From Methanomassiliicoccaceae archaeon (GTDB lineage Archaea; Thermoplasmatota; Thermoplasmata; Methanomassiliicoccales; Methanomassiliicoccaceae), in contig JAXGZN010000002.1 in NCBI GenBank assembly GCA_040776945.1, positions 416,001 to 480,000 on the forward strand: DNA of 64,000 nucleotides, written 5' to 3'. The notes under the pieces are model-generated. The model saw only the letters and a program-made list of their open reading frames with translations, did not search any database and had not been told where the DNA came from. Both the position numbers and the translations under genes were made by a program. This document shows, piece by piece, positions 29,763 to 38,317 of this stretch (its first letter is position 1; every line of letters starts with the position of its first letter).

Positions 29763-30766
29763 GTCGCGGCCTCCATCACCCGTCCGGACCGGTCAATGAT
29801 GGCGATGCCGTGCCCGGGGTACATGGATTTGAACTTCCGCACCGCCGCCTGGACCACGGAAGGGCCCTCCTCCGACATGACCAGGTCCTCTATCGTCCGG
29901 AACCCTCGTCCCGTAAGGACAGAAGGCTCTATGAACTTGATGATTAGGGCGGGAAGGCCGAAGAGGATAAGGCCATCCTCCCGGGAATCCAGCGCTCTCT
30001 TGATGTTCGCGCCTACCAGGACCACCTCCCTATCAGGGTATTGGAGCCGCGCGTGCCTAAGGCCCACCCTCCCGGTGGTGATGACCGCCCTATCCGCTCG
30101 CCGCGCTCTTTCAACGGCATCCTGGCCGAGATGATCGTCCCAAGGCTCCACCATTCCAGTGGACCCCAGCACCGACACGCCGCCCATCACTCCCACCCGA
30201 GGGTTCAAGGTTCTGACGGCCACCTTCTCACCTTCCGGCGCCTCAAGGTAGACAAGCGCCCCTTCCTGCCCCCGGGCGCGGCAAGCGGCGGTGATCGAGG
30301 ACAAAATGCAATCCATGGCCGTTGTGCTTATGGCCGGCTCGCCCCTGCGATATCTCGGAGTATCATGGTCCCATCTGCCTATCCCCGGCCCGGCGTCCAC
30401 CTCGGCCGTGCTCTGGAACCTGATGAACATGGCCCTGAGCTCCAGACCCGCGGTGGCATCGCCGGGGTAATCTCCCGAGTACTTGAAACATGCCGAGCTT
30501 CCATAGCTGGCAGCGACCTCGACCTCAACGGTGATGCCGCAGGCGGTGATGACCTCCACCGCTCTCAGGTCGTGCGAGCCCAGGGACTCAACGGCCGCCT
30601 TGCAGGCCGCCGCCGCGGTAGTTCCGGTGGTATGTCCACGCCTCAGCACCCTGCCGCTGGATGTCAGGACGCCCAGCCCGCTTTGGGCCAGGGCCAGCAT
30701 CGACGGGTCCTCGCAACGGAACGCCCACTCTTCGGGATAGGCGAACCCGGACACCGGATCGATCAT
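29759..30766 (-). CDS. cbiD: Cobalt-precorrin-5B C1-methyltransferase
   Basis: LRRGHTTGTTAAAACKAA, TLNPRVGVMGGVSVLGSTG motifs. Start at MIDPVSG (ATGA overlap). Confidence 0.92.
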   Translation of the reverse strand: MIDPVSGFAYPEEWAFRCEDPSMLALAQSGLGVLTSSGRVLRRGHTTGTTAAAACKAAVESLGSHDLRAVEVITACGITVEVEVAASYGSSACFKYSGDYPGDATAGLELRAMFIRFQSTAEVDAGPGIGRWDHDTPRYRRGEPAISTTAMDCILSSITAACRARGQEGALVYLEAPEGEKVAVRTLNPRVGVMGGVSVLGSTGMVEPWDDHLGQDAVERARRADRAVITTGRVGLRHARLQYPDREVVLVGANIKRALDSREDGLILFGLPALIIKFIEPSVLTGRGFRTIEDLVMSEEGPSVVQAAVRKFKSMYPGHGIAIIDRSGRVMEAAT

Positions 30767-31425
30767 GCTCCTTTCTCCGCGAACATGGTTATTATCTCGT
30801 TGATCGCCGCCACCGCCACCGGCGATCCTCCCCTGGTGCCCTCGGTCGAGACCGAGGGAACGTCGAGCTTCCTCAGGGCCTCCTTGGATTCCGCGGCGTT
30901 GACGAAACCTACCGGGCAGCCTATGACCAGGGCGGGGCGCGCTCCCTCCTCGATAAGGTGGCAAAGCGAAAGGAGGCAGGAAGGGGCGTTGCCGATGACA
31001 ACTATGGTCCCGTTAAGCTCGCTCCCCATGGCGAGCATGCCCGCGCTGGTCCTGGTGATCCCTTTGGCTGCCGCTATATCGGCGCCATGGTCCAGCAGGC
31101 AATCCACCTTGGACCGGTGCCCTTTCTTCTGGACCCCGACCTGGACCATTCGTATGTCGGCAACGATCGGCGCTCCGGCCGCCAGAGCGTCGAGGCCGGC
31201 CTTCACCGGTCGGCCCACGAACCGCATGAGGCCGGCCATGTCAAAGTCCCCGACAGCGATGGAGCAACGCTGCCGTATTCTGTCCTCCACCGTTAGGTCG
31301 CCCACAACATCCCTTGCAAGCAGCCGGCTGCGGCAGGAGATGCTGAACCCTTCGGCGGTGTCCGCTCCCAGATCAGTATACGTACTTGCGGTGGTAGCCC
31401 CTAGGCGTGATGATCCCTCTGACAT
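30763..31425 (-). CDS. cbiC: Cobalt-precorrin-8 methylmutase
   Basis: TRTSAG, IGNAPSCL, GCPVGFVNAAESKEAL, GTRGGSPVAVA motifs. Confidence 0.92.
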   Translation of the reverse strand: MSEGSSRLGATTASTYTDLGADTAEGFSISCRSRLLARDVVGDLTVEDRIRQRCSIAVGDFDMAGLMRFVGRPVKAGLDALAAGAPIVADIRMVQVGVQKKGHRSKVDCLLDHGADIAAAKGITRTSAGMLAMGSELNGTIVVIGNAPSCLLSLCHLIEEGARPALVIGCPVGFVNAAESKEALRKLDVPSVSTEGTRGGSPVAVAAINEIITMFAEKGA

Positions 31426-32167
31426 TATCTCCCTCCTTGAGCAGGGCCGAGGTCTCGCCCCCGATTATGACCATCGAATGCATGTCGACCATGCTGTCGT
31501 TCTCGAACAGCGACCTCAGGTCGGTGACCTCATGGCTTTCGCCATCCCCGCGGTAAGCGTTCCTGACTATCCCCACCGGGGTCTCCGGGCGGGCATGGCG
31601 CAATCCGATCTCCAGTGCCTTCCTCAGGTTGCCGGGACGATTGTGGCTGCGGGGGTTGTACAGCGCTATAGGTATTCCCAACTGGAATCCAAGGTCAAGG
31701 CGCCGCTCGATGACCTCCCATGGAGTAAGGAGATCGCTGAGCGAGATGACCAGGAAGTCCCCGGAGAGCGGCGAGCCGAGTACCGACGCGGCGGCGGTGG
31801 CGGCCGTGACCCCCGGCACGATCTTGACGTCCAGTCCCGGAGCCTCGCGCTGAGCGACCTCGAGCACGATGCTGGCCATGCCGTAGACCCCCGCGTCTCC
31901 TCCGCTGACCATCGCCACCCGTTCATCCCTTGCCAAACTCACGGCCTCCTTGGCCCGCTCGACCTCCTTGCCCATATGGGAGAAGATGACCCTCTTCCCG
32001 TCCAGCAGCGGACGCATCTGGTCCAGATAGAACCGGTTGCCGATCACGATGTCCGATCCCTCGATGGTCTTGCGCGCCAAGGGCGTTAGATTATCAAGGT
32101 CGCCCGGTCCGATGCTTACTACCGACAACCGGCCCTTGGGCTCATCTGGCGATGGCAACGGTGACAT
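31373..32167 (-). CDS. cbiH: Cobalt-precorrin-3B C17-methyltransferase
   Basis: SIGPG, VSGGDAGVYGMA, ISLSDLLTPW, LYNPRS, TPRGY motifs. Confidence 0.93.
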   Translation of the reverse strand: MSPLPSPDEPKGRLSVVSIGPGDLDNLTPLARKTIEGSDIVIGNRFYLDQMRPLLDGKRVIFSHMGKEVERAKEAVSLARDERVAMVSGGDAGVYGMASIVLEVAQREAPGLDVKIVPGVTAATAAASVLGSPLSGDFLVISLSDLLTPWEVIERRLDLGFQLGIPIALYNPRSHNRPGNLRKALEIGLRHARPETPVGIVRNAYRGDGESHEVTDLRSLFENDSMVDMHSMVIIGGETSALLKEGDNVRGIITPRGYHRKYVY

Positions 32168-33008
32168 TTCCGTAGGTCCTCCTTTTCATGACTATCTCCT
32201 TCCTTTTTGAGAGCGCGAGGGCGGATGGCTCGGCCACACCCACGAGTCCGATCATCGTCGCCTTCGAGGGCGAGGTCCCTTTTTGGGAATTGATGGTCTC
32301 GTCATCGACCAGGAAGAGCGGCCCGTTCAGGTCCCGGACCGCCTCCAGCAGACCCCCCTCATCCCATTTCTTGACGGTCGAGGAGAACGCCAGCACCTCG
32401 CGCGGTTCTATATCCGCCTCGCGCAGCGCATCTTTGACCGCTCGGGCGATCTCTTCCGCCGTAGTGCCCCTGTTGCAACCGATGCCCACGATGAACTCGC
32501 CCTTCACCGCCAGAACGGACACGCCGGGCGACACCATCACCACCGCTGGACCATCCACGCGGTATACTGGCACATCGCCTTGCAGGAATGCCTTGTTGAC
32601 CGTCACGGTCGAGCTCTTGTTGATGACCTCCATATCGTTCCGGGTGGCGATCCCCTCGACCGAATCCTTCCCCAGAACGTCCGTGGCGGTCGATATGACC
32701 GGAATAATGCCCTTGTTCGACAGCCGGCGGGCCAGTTCGTTGGCCCCATGGTGCCCCCCGAGCAAGGGCACGCAGAACCTCAGATCCGGAGTGACAGCAA
32801 TGACCGGGGGGTCCGTCCACTTGTCCCTGAGAAGTGGAGCGATCTTCCTTACCACGATCCCCAGGGCCATGACCGCCACGATGCCGTCCCGGTCACGGAA
32901 GGCTTCCTCGAACGCCCGTTCGGAATAGCCGACGACCTCTCCCCCCAGCCAATCCGCCAGGGCGGCCGCCTGTTCCCCATGTCCGGAATGGATGATCGCG
33001 ATGTTCAT
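32142..33008 (-). CDS. cbiG: Cobalt-precorrin-5A hydrolase
   Basis: MALGIVVRKIAP..DKWTDPPV, LLGGHHGAN, GIGCNRG, GVAEPSAL motifs. Confidence 0.92.
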   Translation of the reverse strand: MNIAIIHSGHGEQAAALADWLGGEVVGYSERAFEEAFRDRDGIVAVMALGIVVRKIAPLLRDKWTDPPVIAVTPDLRFCVPLLGGHHGANELARRLSNKGIIPVISTATDVLGKDSVEGIATRNDMEVINKSSTVTVNKAFLQGDVPVYRVDGPAVVMVSPGVSVLAVKGEFIVGIGCNRGTTAEEIARAVKDALREADIEPREVLAFSSTVKKWDEGGLLEAVRDLNGPLFLVDDETINSQKGTSPSKATMIGLVGVAEPSALALSKRKEIVMKRRTYGNVTVAIAR

Positions 33009-33724
33009 GAGTACAGCACCGAACGATGATAGCGCTCCATCGGTTCCACGATATCGCCTATCACTATGAGGGCGGTCTTATGGATGCCGGCCTCGGAGGC
33101 CTTCCGGGCTATGTCACCGACGCATCCGCGCACGATCTTCTGGTCCGGCCATGAGGCGTGGTAGATGACCGCGGCCGGTGTTTCCCGAGGGCATCGCAGC
33201 TTGTCCACGATGGCCGGCAGCTTGTCCGTGCCCAGGAATATCACCATGGACGCGCCAGATTCGGACAGGCGAGCAATATCGTCCTCCTCAAGGGTATCCC
33301 CCGCCGGTCTGGTGACGATGAGGGTTTCCGACACTCCTTTCAGGGTATACTGGGTCTTCAGCGCTGCGGACGCCGCGAACAGAGAGCTCACTCCTGGAAC
33401 GATCTGCACTTCCACGCCATGCCGCTCTATCTCGACGATCTGCTCGACAATGGACCCATACAGCGAGGGATCGCCGCTGTGGAGCCGGACCACCTTCTTT
33501 CCGGCGAGGGCGGCATCGACCATGATCGAGACCATGCTCTCGATGTTCATTCCCCAGCTGTCCAGCTTCACCAGGGCCGAGGAACGCTCGACCAGCAAAG
33601 GGTTTACCAGTGAGCCGGCATAGATGAGGACGTCAGCGGTGGTTAGAAGCTCGTTCCCCTTCAAGGTGATGAGATCGGGATCTCCGGGACCAGCGCCCAC
33701 GAACCACACCGTCGGCAAGCCCAT
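33005..33724 (-). CDS. cbiF: Cobalt-precorrin-4 C11-methyltransferase
   Basis: VGAGPGDPDLIT, YAGSLV, RLHSGDPSLYG, ASWPDQ motifs. Confidence 0.93.
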   Translation of the reverse strand: MGLPTVWFVGAGPGDPDLITLKGNELLTTADVLIYAGSLVNPLLVERSSALVKLDSWGMNIESMVSIMVDAALAGKKVVRLHSGDPSLYGSIVEQIVEIERHGVEVQIVPGVSSLFAASAALKTQYTLKGVSETLIVTRPAGDTLEEDDIARLSESGASMVIFLGTDKLPAIVDKLRCPRETPAAVIYHASWPDQKIVRGCVGDIARKASEAGIHKTALIVIGDIVEPMERYHRSVLYS

Positions 33725-33725
33725 C

Positions 33726-34334
33726 TCATTGCCTCCGGGCGAACATGACGCTCATATAATCGCTGCTTTCCGGCATACTCTCCTCGTCGTACACCTTCTC
33801 ATTGTCCAGGAACATCCTCTCCACCAGATGGAACCTTGTATATCCGGAGGAGCGGAGCTGGGCCATGGTCTTGCGGGGAGAGCGGACCTTCAGCAACACC
33901 AGGCACTCGTTGTCCGAACCGTCGGTGACCGTGAAGCCCGAGTTCACCGGCATCCGCAGGCGGGAAGCGAACGCGGTGATGGAGCTTATGCCCGGCTCTA
34001 CCGCCATCTCTACCTCCGGGTACCTTCTTTTAAGCACCTCGCACTGCCTGGAGAAGGTCGAGTAGAAGTTAGGGTCCCCTAGGATCGCCAGGACCGCCAT
34101 TCCCTGGATGGCGACCGGGGCGATGACCTCGGCGTTGCGCTCCAGGGCCTTCTCGATGACGTCCTCGTCGTTCACCATCGGGAACTCCAGCACCACGGGG
34201 TCGCAATAGTCCCTGACCAGTTCCCTGGCCATCTTTCCCGGGACGAACACCTTGTCCGCCGTTCGGAGCAGGCGGACGGCCTTCAAGGTCAGAAGCTCCT
34301 TGTCCCCCGGTCCGAGGCCAACGCCGATGAGCAT
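33726..34334 (-). CDS. cbiL: Cobalt-precorrin-2 (factor II) C20-methyltransferase
   Basis: GVGLGPGDKELLTLKA, FPM, LGDPNFYSTF, PGISS motifs. Confidence 0.92.
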   Translation of the reverse strand: MLIGVGLGPGDKELLTLKAVRLLRTADKVFVPGKMARELVRDYCDPVVLEFPMVNDEDVIEKALERNAEVIAPVAIQGMAVLAILGDPNFYSTFSRQCEVLKRRYPEVEMAVEPGISSITAFASRLRMPVNSGFTVTDGSDNECLVLLKVRSPRKTMAQLRSSGYTRFHLVERMFLDNEKVYDEESMPESSDYMSVMFARRQ

Positions 34335-34858
34335 CAGCTCACCTCCCCGACGATGATGAACACCGGGTCGATTGGCTTGAACATGATGCTGCCAGCGAGG
34401 GGATGGGACCGGCCCACCTGCACCATGGTCGCCTCCTTGAAGATGCCCAGTTCGACCATTGCATCTACCGCCAGGGTCATCGACCTGAGGAGGACGGTGT
34501 TCACCACGATGCGCCCCCGGACCTTGTCCTTCAGGAGGAACAGCATCTCTCGTAGATGCTTCGTGCCTCCCACGAACGCGCCGTCCAGCTTATCGCACCC
34601 TTTGATAAATTCGACCCCGTCCGCCTGCTTGACCTCGATGTTGTTGCGTCCCCAGGCCTTTATGTTGACGCGGGTGGCCTCTATGGCCTCCTTCCTAATG
34701 TCCACAGCGTACACCTTCTGCGCGGTCTCGGCCATCGCGATCGCCACCTTGCCGGTCCCGCAGCCGATATCGGCGGCAATATCTCCGTTCCTAAGCTCCA
34801 GCTTGTGGAGGGAGATGGCCATGATCTCGTCCTGAGTAGGTCCACCTTTGAATCTCAT
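34334..34858 (-). CDS. cbiT: Cobalt-precorrin-6B C15-methyltransferase (decarboxylating)
   Basis: GPTQDEI, DIGCGTG, FVGGT, IVVN, PVFI motifs. Confidence 0.9.
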   Translation of the reverse strand: MRFKGGPTQDEIMAISLHKLELRNGDIAADIGCGTGKVAIAMAETAQKVYAVDIRKEAIEATRVNIKAWGRNNIEVKQADGVEFIKGCDKLDGAFVGGTKHLREMLFLLKDKVRGRIVVNTVLLRSMTLAVDAMVELGIFKEATMVQVGRSHPLAGSIMFKPIDPVFIIVGEVS

Positions 34859-34861
34859 CTA

Positions 34862-34883
34862 TTGGATGTATCATCCAACTTAT
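34862..34883. promoter_or_regulatory. Palindromic operator TTGGATG-N3-CATCCAA between the TATA box and the start of the cbi operon
   Basis: Minus strand reads TTAAATATAAG-TTGGATG-ATA-CATCCAA-TAG-ATG(cbiT). An extra half-site CATCCAA is at 34901-34907. Confidence 0.72.
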
Positions 34884-35010
34884 ATTTAAGATGAAAATAG
34901 CATCCAACTGCATCCCATAGAGGACAGAACGGTCCGGTGGTTGATGACGGCCAGGCATGATCCTGTTCGATGGCTCCGGCCGGTTCTTTAGGGCAATTAG
35001 GGGATCGCAG

Positions 35011-35841
35011 CTATCGGACCGGCCTAGTTCCTGCGGTCTCCCTTTCCAGAAGGTCCAGGGCCTCCTCCATGGTAGTGGGGACCTCGAAATCACGGCCGCT
35101 GCGGGCCTTCCATTCGGTCATAAGCCGAGGAATGGACGGAAGCTCCAGGTTGGCCTCCGCCAAGATGTCCGGACGGCCCATTAGGCCACGGAGGTCCCCA
35201 TCATAGAGGACGGTCCGCTTCAGCACTATGACCCGCCTCGTAAGCTCGAACGCCACAGTGAGGTCATGGGTGGCCAGGACGATGCTCTTGTCGAGCGAGC
35301 GCAGAACGTCCACCAGCGCCCTCCGGCTCACCGGGTCCAGATTAGCGGTCGGCTCGTCCAGGAGGTAGATCTCCGGGTCCATGGCCAGCAGGCCGGCGAT
35401 GGCTATGCGCTTCTTCTCCCCGAAGCTAAGGTGGTGAGGCACTCTCTCCGCGTACTCCGTCACCCCGGCCAGCGCCATGCTCCTTTCCACTCTCCTGCGC
35501 ACCTCCCGCTCCTCGAGCCTCATGTTGATCGGCCCGAAGGCAACATCGTCCCAAACCCGGGGCATGAAGATCTGGTCGTCAGGGTCCTGGAAGAGCAGGC
35601 CGGCCTTCATGGTGGCCTGTTGCGCGGTCCTCTTATCCACCTTTATCCCGGCAACCTCCAGCTCCCCCTCGGTAGGCAGATAGAGCGAGTCCAGCATGTG
35701 CAGCAGCGTGCTCTTTCCGGCCCCGTTGGGGCCGACCAGCGACACGCGCTCACCATAGCCGATGGTAATATTGACATCGTCCAGAGCGCGCGTGCCGTCC
35801 GAATATCGGTAGCCGACCTTCCTAAGCTTCAGAGCATCCAC
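35011..35841 (-). CDS. cbiO: ECF Ni/Co transporter ATPase (CbiO/NikO)
   Basis: GPNGAGKST, FQDPDDQIF, LSFGEKKR, LLDEPT motifs. Confidence 0.9.
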   Translation of the reverse strand: MDALKLRKVGYRYSDGTRALDDVNITIGYGERVSLVGPNGAGKSTLLHMLDSLYLPTEGELEVAGIKVDKRTAQQATMKAGLLFQDPDDQIFMPRVWDDVAFGPINMRLEEREVRRRVERSMALAGVTEYAERVPHHLSFGEKKRIAIAGLLAMDPEIYLLDEPTANLDPVSRRALVDVLRSLDKSIVLATHDLTVAFELTRRVIVLKRTVLYDGDLRGLMGRPDILAEANLELPSIPRLMTEWKARSGRDFEVPTTMEEALDLLERETAGTRPVR

Positions 35842-36563
35842 TGGACAACCCCCAATTGAATTGACAGGATGATAGTTATGACAGACGCGAACGCGGCCAC
35901 ATATGCCAGGTCCCTGGGCCTGGCCGATAGGCCTCGGAGAGTGTGGATCTCGCCTTGGAACCCTCTCGATAAAAGGCCGTTGTGAGTCCTCTTAGAGCGT
36001 TCGTATGAACGGACAAGTACCATCCCCCCGGTGAAGGAGATGGTCTGAAATACGTCCTTCGAGAGCAGGCTGCCCTTGAGAGAGAAGCCCCGCGACCTCC
36101 TGGCCTTGTTCATAAGCTCCAGCTCCTCCAGGATGACGAAGATGTACCGGTAGGTGAACAAAAGGAGCGCGCAGAAGACATATGGGACGCGGAACCATCT
36201 TAGTGCCTTCAGGACGTCGAAGAAAGGAGTGGTGGTGACGAGCAGGAGCAGAGAGATCACCGAAGCCGAGACCCTTAGTGCCATGGCCAGGGCGGGCTGG
36301 GGACCTGAGGTGAACAACATGGCCAATGACGTTACTGCTATGAACGGAAGGGCTAGAGAGAAGACCCTAAGGAAATGCAGGACCGGCAGCCGGGAGATGG
36401 CGAGCAGAGCCAGAACGAAGAACAAGGCCACCATAAGGGCTCTCAGGTCCTTCATGAACGAGAGGGCGGCCACCAGCGCGACGGTGGAGGCGAGCTTAAT
36501 GCGCGGATCGAAGCCATAGAGGGTGCATGACCGGCTATATCGATCTATCTCTATGGTCTCCAT
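35829..36563 (-). CDS. cbiQ: ECF Ni/Co transporter T component (CbiQ/NikQ)
   Basis: DPRIKL, FTYRYI, ARRSRG, RSYERS..LSRGF motifs. Confidence 0.9.
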   Translation of the reverse strand: METIEIDRYSRSCTLYGFDPRIKLASTVALVAALSFMKDLRALMVALFFVLALLAISRLPVLHFLRVFSLALPFIAVTSLAMLFTSGPQPALAMALRVSASVISLLLLVTTTPFFDVLKALRWFRVPYVFCALLLFTYRYIFVILEELELMNKARRSRGFSLKGSLLSKDVFQTISFTGGMVLVRSYERSKRTHNGLLSRGFQGEIHTLRGLSARPRDLAYVAAFASVITIILSIQLGVVQWML

Positions 36564-36651
36564 GGTTCTCTCCCCAAGATCGTCCCGACCTGAACTCGGC
36601 AGTAAAATGGGAATGAAAAGGGTTTATTGAACTCTTCGCCCGACAGGCCCT

Positions 36652-36933
36652 TCAGGCCTTTATGGACTTCCTGAGCATGACCAGGCCATACACGACGAGC
36701 AGGGTGACGAAGAACCCGACGATCCCCATCAGAAGGGAGCTGAAGTAATTGGAGCCATAGTCCAAGGGAGCGGTCCAGACGGGCTCGCTCTCCTCGCCGG
36801 ACCCGTGCTCCTCCAGCGTCTTGTCCAGTCCGTCGGGCACACCGTCCGACACCAGGAAGAATCCGACAAGCCCGACGGCGAACAGCAGCAGGATCCCGAC
36901 AGAAGCGATGATGTATCGGCGGTCCACGTTCAC
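36652..36933 (-). CDS. PDGLE-domain ECF accessory protein (NikN-type)
   Basis: Two TM helices flanking PDGLDKTLE...APLDY. GTG start overlaps the cbiM TGA. Confidence 0.82.
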   Translation of the reverse strand: MNVDRRYIIASVGILLLFAVGLVGFFLVSDGVPDGLDKTLEEHGSGEESEPVWTAPLDYGSNYFSSLLMGIVGFFVTLLVVYGLVMLRKSIKA

Positions 36934-37580
36934 GCCCCCGCAGGCTTGAGGTTCAGTTCCAGCATCTCCGGCGAGACCTTGGCCAGGAAGAGCACCACTC
37001 CGGTAGTGACGATGGCCTCGCCGACACCGATCAGGGCGTGGTATCCCATCATGGCCGGGAACGCAAGCGCGCCAGTGATCCCGTACGTCCCATCTGAGAT
37101 GGAATAGCTTAAGGCCAGCTGGGCCGCGCACACCGTGGCCGCAATGAACACCGCGGCCCACGCCGCTACCGGCGTGCCCAGGGTGCGGTTCTTTCCGAAG
37201 AGCATCATCACCCCATAGGTCACCAGGGGCGCGATGATCGCCATGTTCAGTATGTTGAGGCCCAGCGAGGTGATCCCGCCATCGCCGAAAACAAGGCATT
37301 GGATGGTCAGGATGGCGGTGATTATCAACATGGCCGCGTACGGCCCCAGCAGTATGGTCGCCAACGCGGCCCCGATAAGATGGCCGGTGGTCCCCCCGCC
37401 TATTGGAAAGTTCAACATCTGGGCCACGAAAATGCCGGCGGCCAATATGGCCATCATGGGCATCGTTCTTTCGTCCAACCGCTTGCCTAGCTTCCAGAAC
37501 ATCAGACCCAGCCCGATGAGGGCCAAGATCCAACCGGCGATCCAGAGCTCGGGCGCCATTATTCCGTCCGCAATATGCAT
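36930..37580 (-). CDS. cbiM: ECF Ni/Co transporter S component (CbiM/NikM)
   Basis: N-terminal MHIADG metal-binding motif, plus GTTGHLIG, DGGITSLGLN, HALIGVGEA. Confidence 0.92.
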   Translation of the reverse strand: MHIADGIMAPELWIAGWILALIGLGLMFWKLGKRLDERTMPMMAILAAGIFVAQMLNFPIGGGTTGHLIGAALATILLGPYAAMLIITAILTIQCLVFGDGGITSLGLNILNMAIIAPLVTYGVMMLFGKNRTLGTPVAAWAAVFIAATVCAAQLALSYSISDGTYGITGALAFPAMMGYHALIGVGEAIVTTGVVLFLAKVSPEMLELNLKPAGA

Positions 37581-37596
37581 GAGCAACCCCTTACCC

Positions 37597-37623
37597 TTAT
37601 AACGAATAATTCTTTCGTGCTAC
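37597..37623. promoter_or_regulatory. NikR-type operator downstream of the TATA box of the ECF importer
   Basis: Minus strand TTTATACA, then GTAGCAC-gaaagaattattc-GTTATAA about 14 nt later. Same 7-13-7 geometry as 20621-20647. Confidence 0.6.
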
Positions 37624-37737
37624 GCAATCAGTCCCATTGTATAAATCCCTTTAGCAACAAAACCCCCGCGAGCGGGGCTTTTCGAACACGGGGAGAACGC
37701 GATAGAGCTTTTACCGCCGCGCGCGCTCCTCATCCTC

Positions 37738-38316
37738 ATGAAGGTCATCGCGTTCAACGGAAGCCCGAGGAAGAACGGGAACACCAACCGGGCGCTGGAA
37801 GTGGTCCTCGAGGAACTGGCCGCGGAAGGGTTCGAAACCGAACTGGTGCAGATGGGAAGCGAGGAGGTCGCCCCGTGCCAGGCGTGCGGGGAATGCGGCA
37901 GGAAGAAGGACCGCAGGTGCAAGAGGGAGGAGGACAAGGTCAACGAGTGGATAGAGCGCATGGCCGAAGCGGACGGCATTATAATCGGCTCGCCCGTGTA
38001 CTTCGGCAGCATGAGCGCACAGACCAAGGCGTTCATCGACCGCGTCGGCTATGTCAGCCGCGCAAATGGCGACCTGTTCAAGCGCAAGGTCGGGGCCTCA
38101 GTGGCAGTGAACCGCAGGGCAGGGGCCTTGGCGGCCTTCCAGGAGATGAACAACTTCTTCCTCATCGGGCAGATGATCGTCATCGGCTCATCATATTGGA
38201 ACGTGGCCACCGCCCTCCGGCGCGGGGACATCGAGAACGATGATGAAGGCATCACCACCATGCGTGACCTCGGCAGGAACATGGCATGGGTGCTCAAGCG
38301 GCTCACCTCTCCCTGA
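37738..38316 (+). CDS. Iron-sulfur flavoprotein (ISF/flavodoxin-like, NADPH-dependent FMN reductase family)
   Basis: NGSPRKNGNT, CQACGEC..C, GSPVYFG, KAFIDR motifs. Confidence 0.9.
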   Translation: MKVIAFNGSPRKNGNTNRALEVVLEELAAEGFETELVQMGSEEVAPCQACGECGRKKDRRCKREEDKVNEWIERMAEADGIIIGSPVYFGSMSAQTKAFIDRVGYVSRANGDLFKRKVGASVAVNRRAGALAAFQEMNNFFLIGQMIVIGSSYWNVATALRRGDIENDDEGITTMRDLGRNMAWVLKRLTSP

Positions 38317-38317
38317 G

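Noticed and set aside
30041-32089. 682-aa plus-strand ORF and similar long ORFs (e.g. 1014-2516, 8283-9344, 54303-55226)
   Set aside because: These are antisense shadows of well-supported genes, common in GC-rich DNA.
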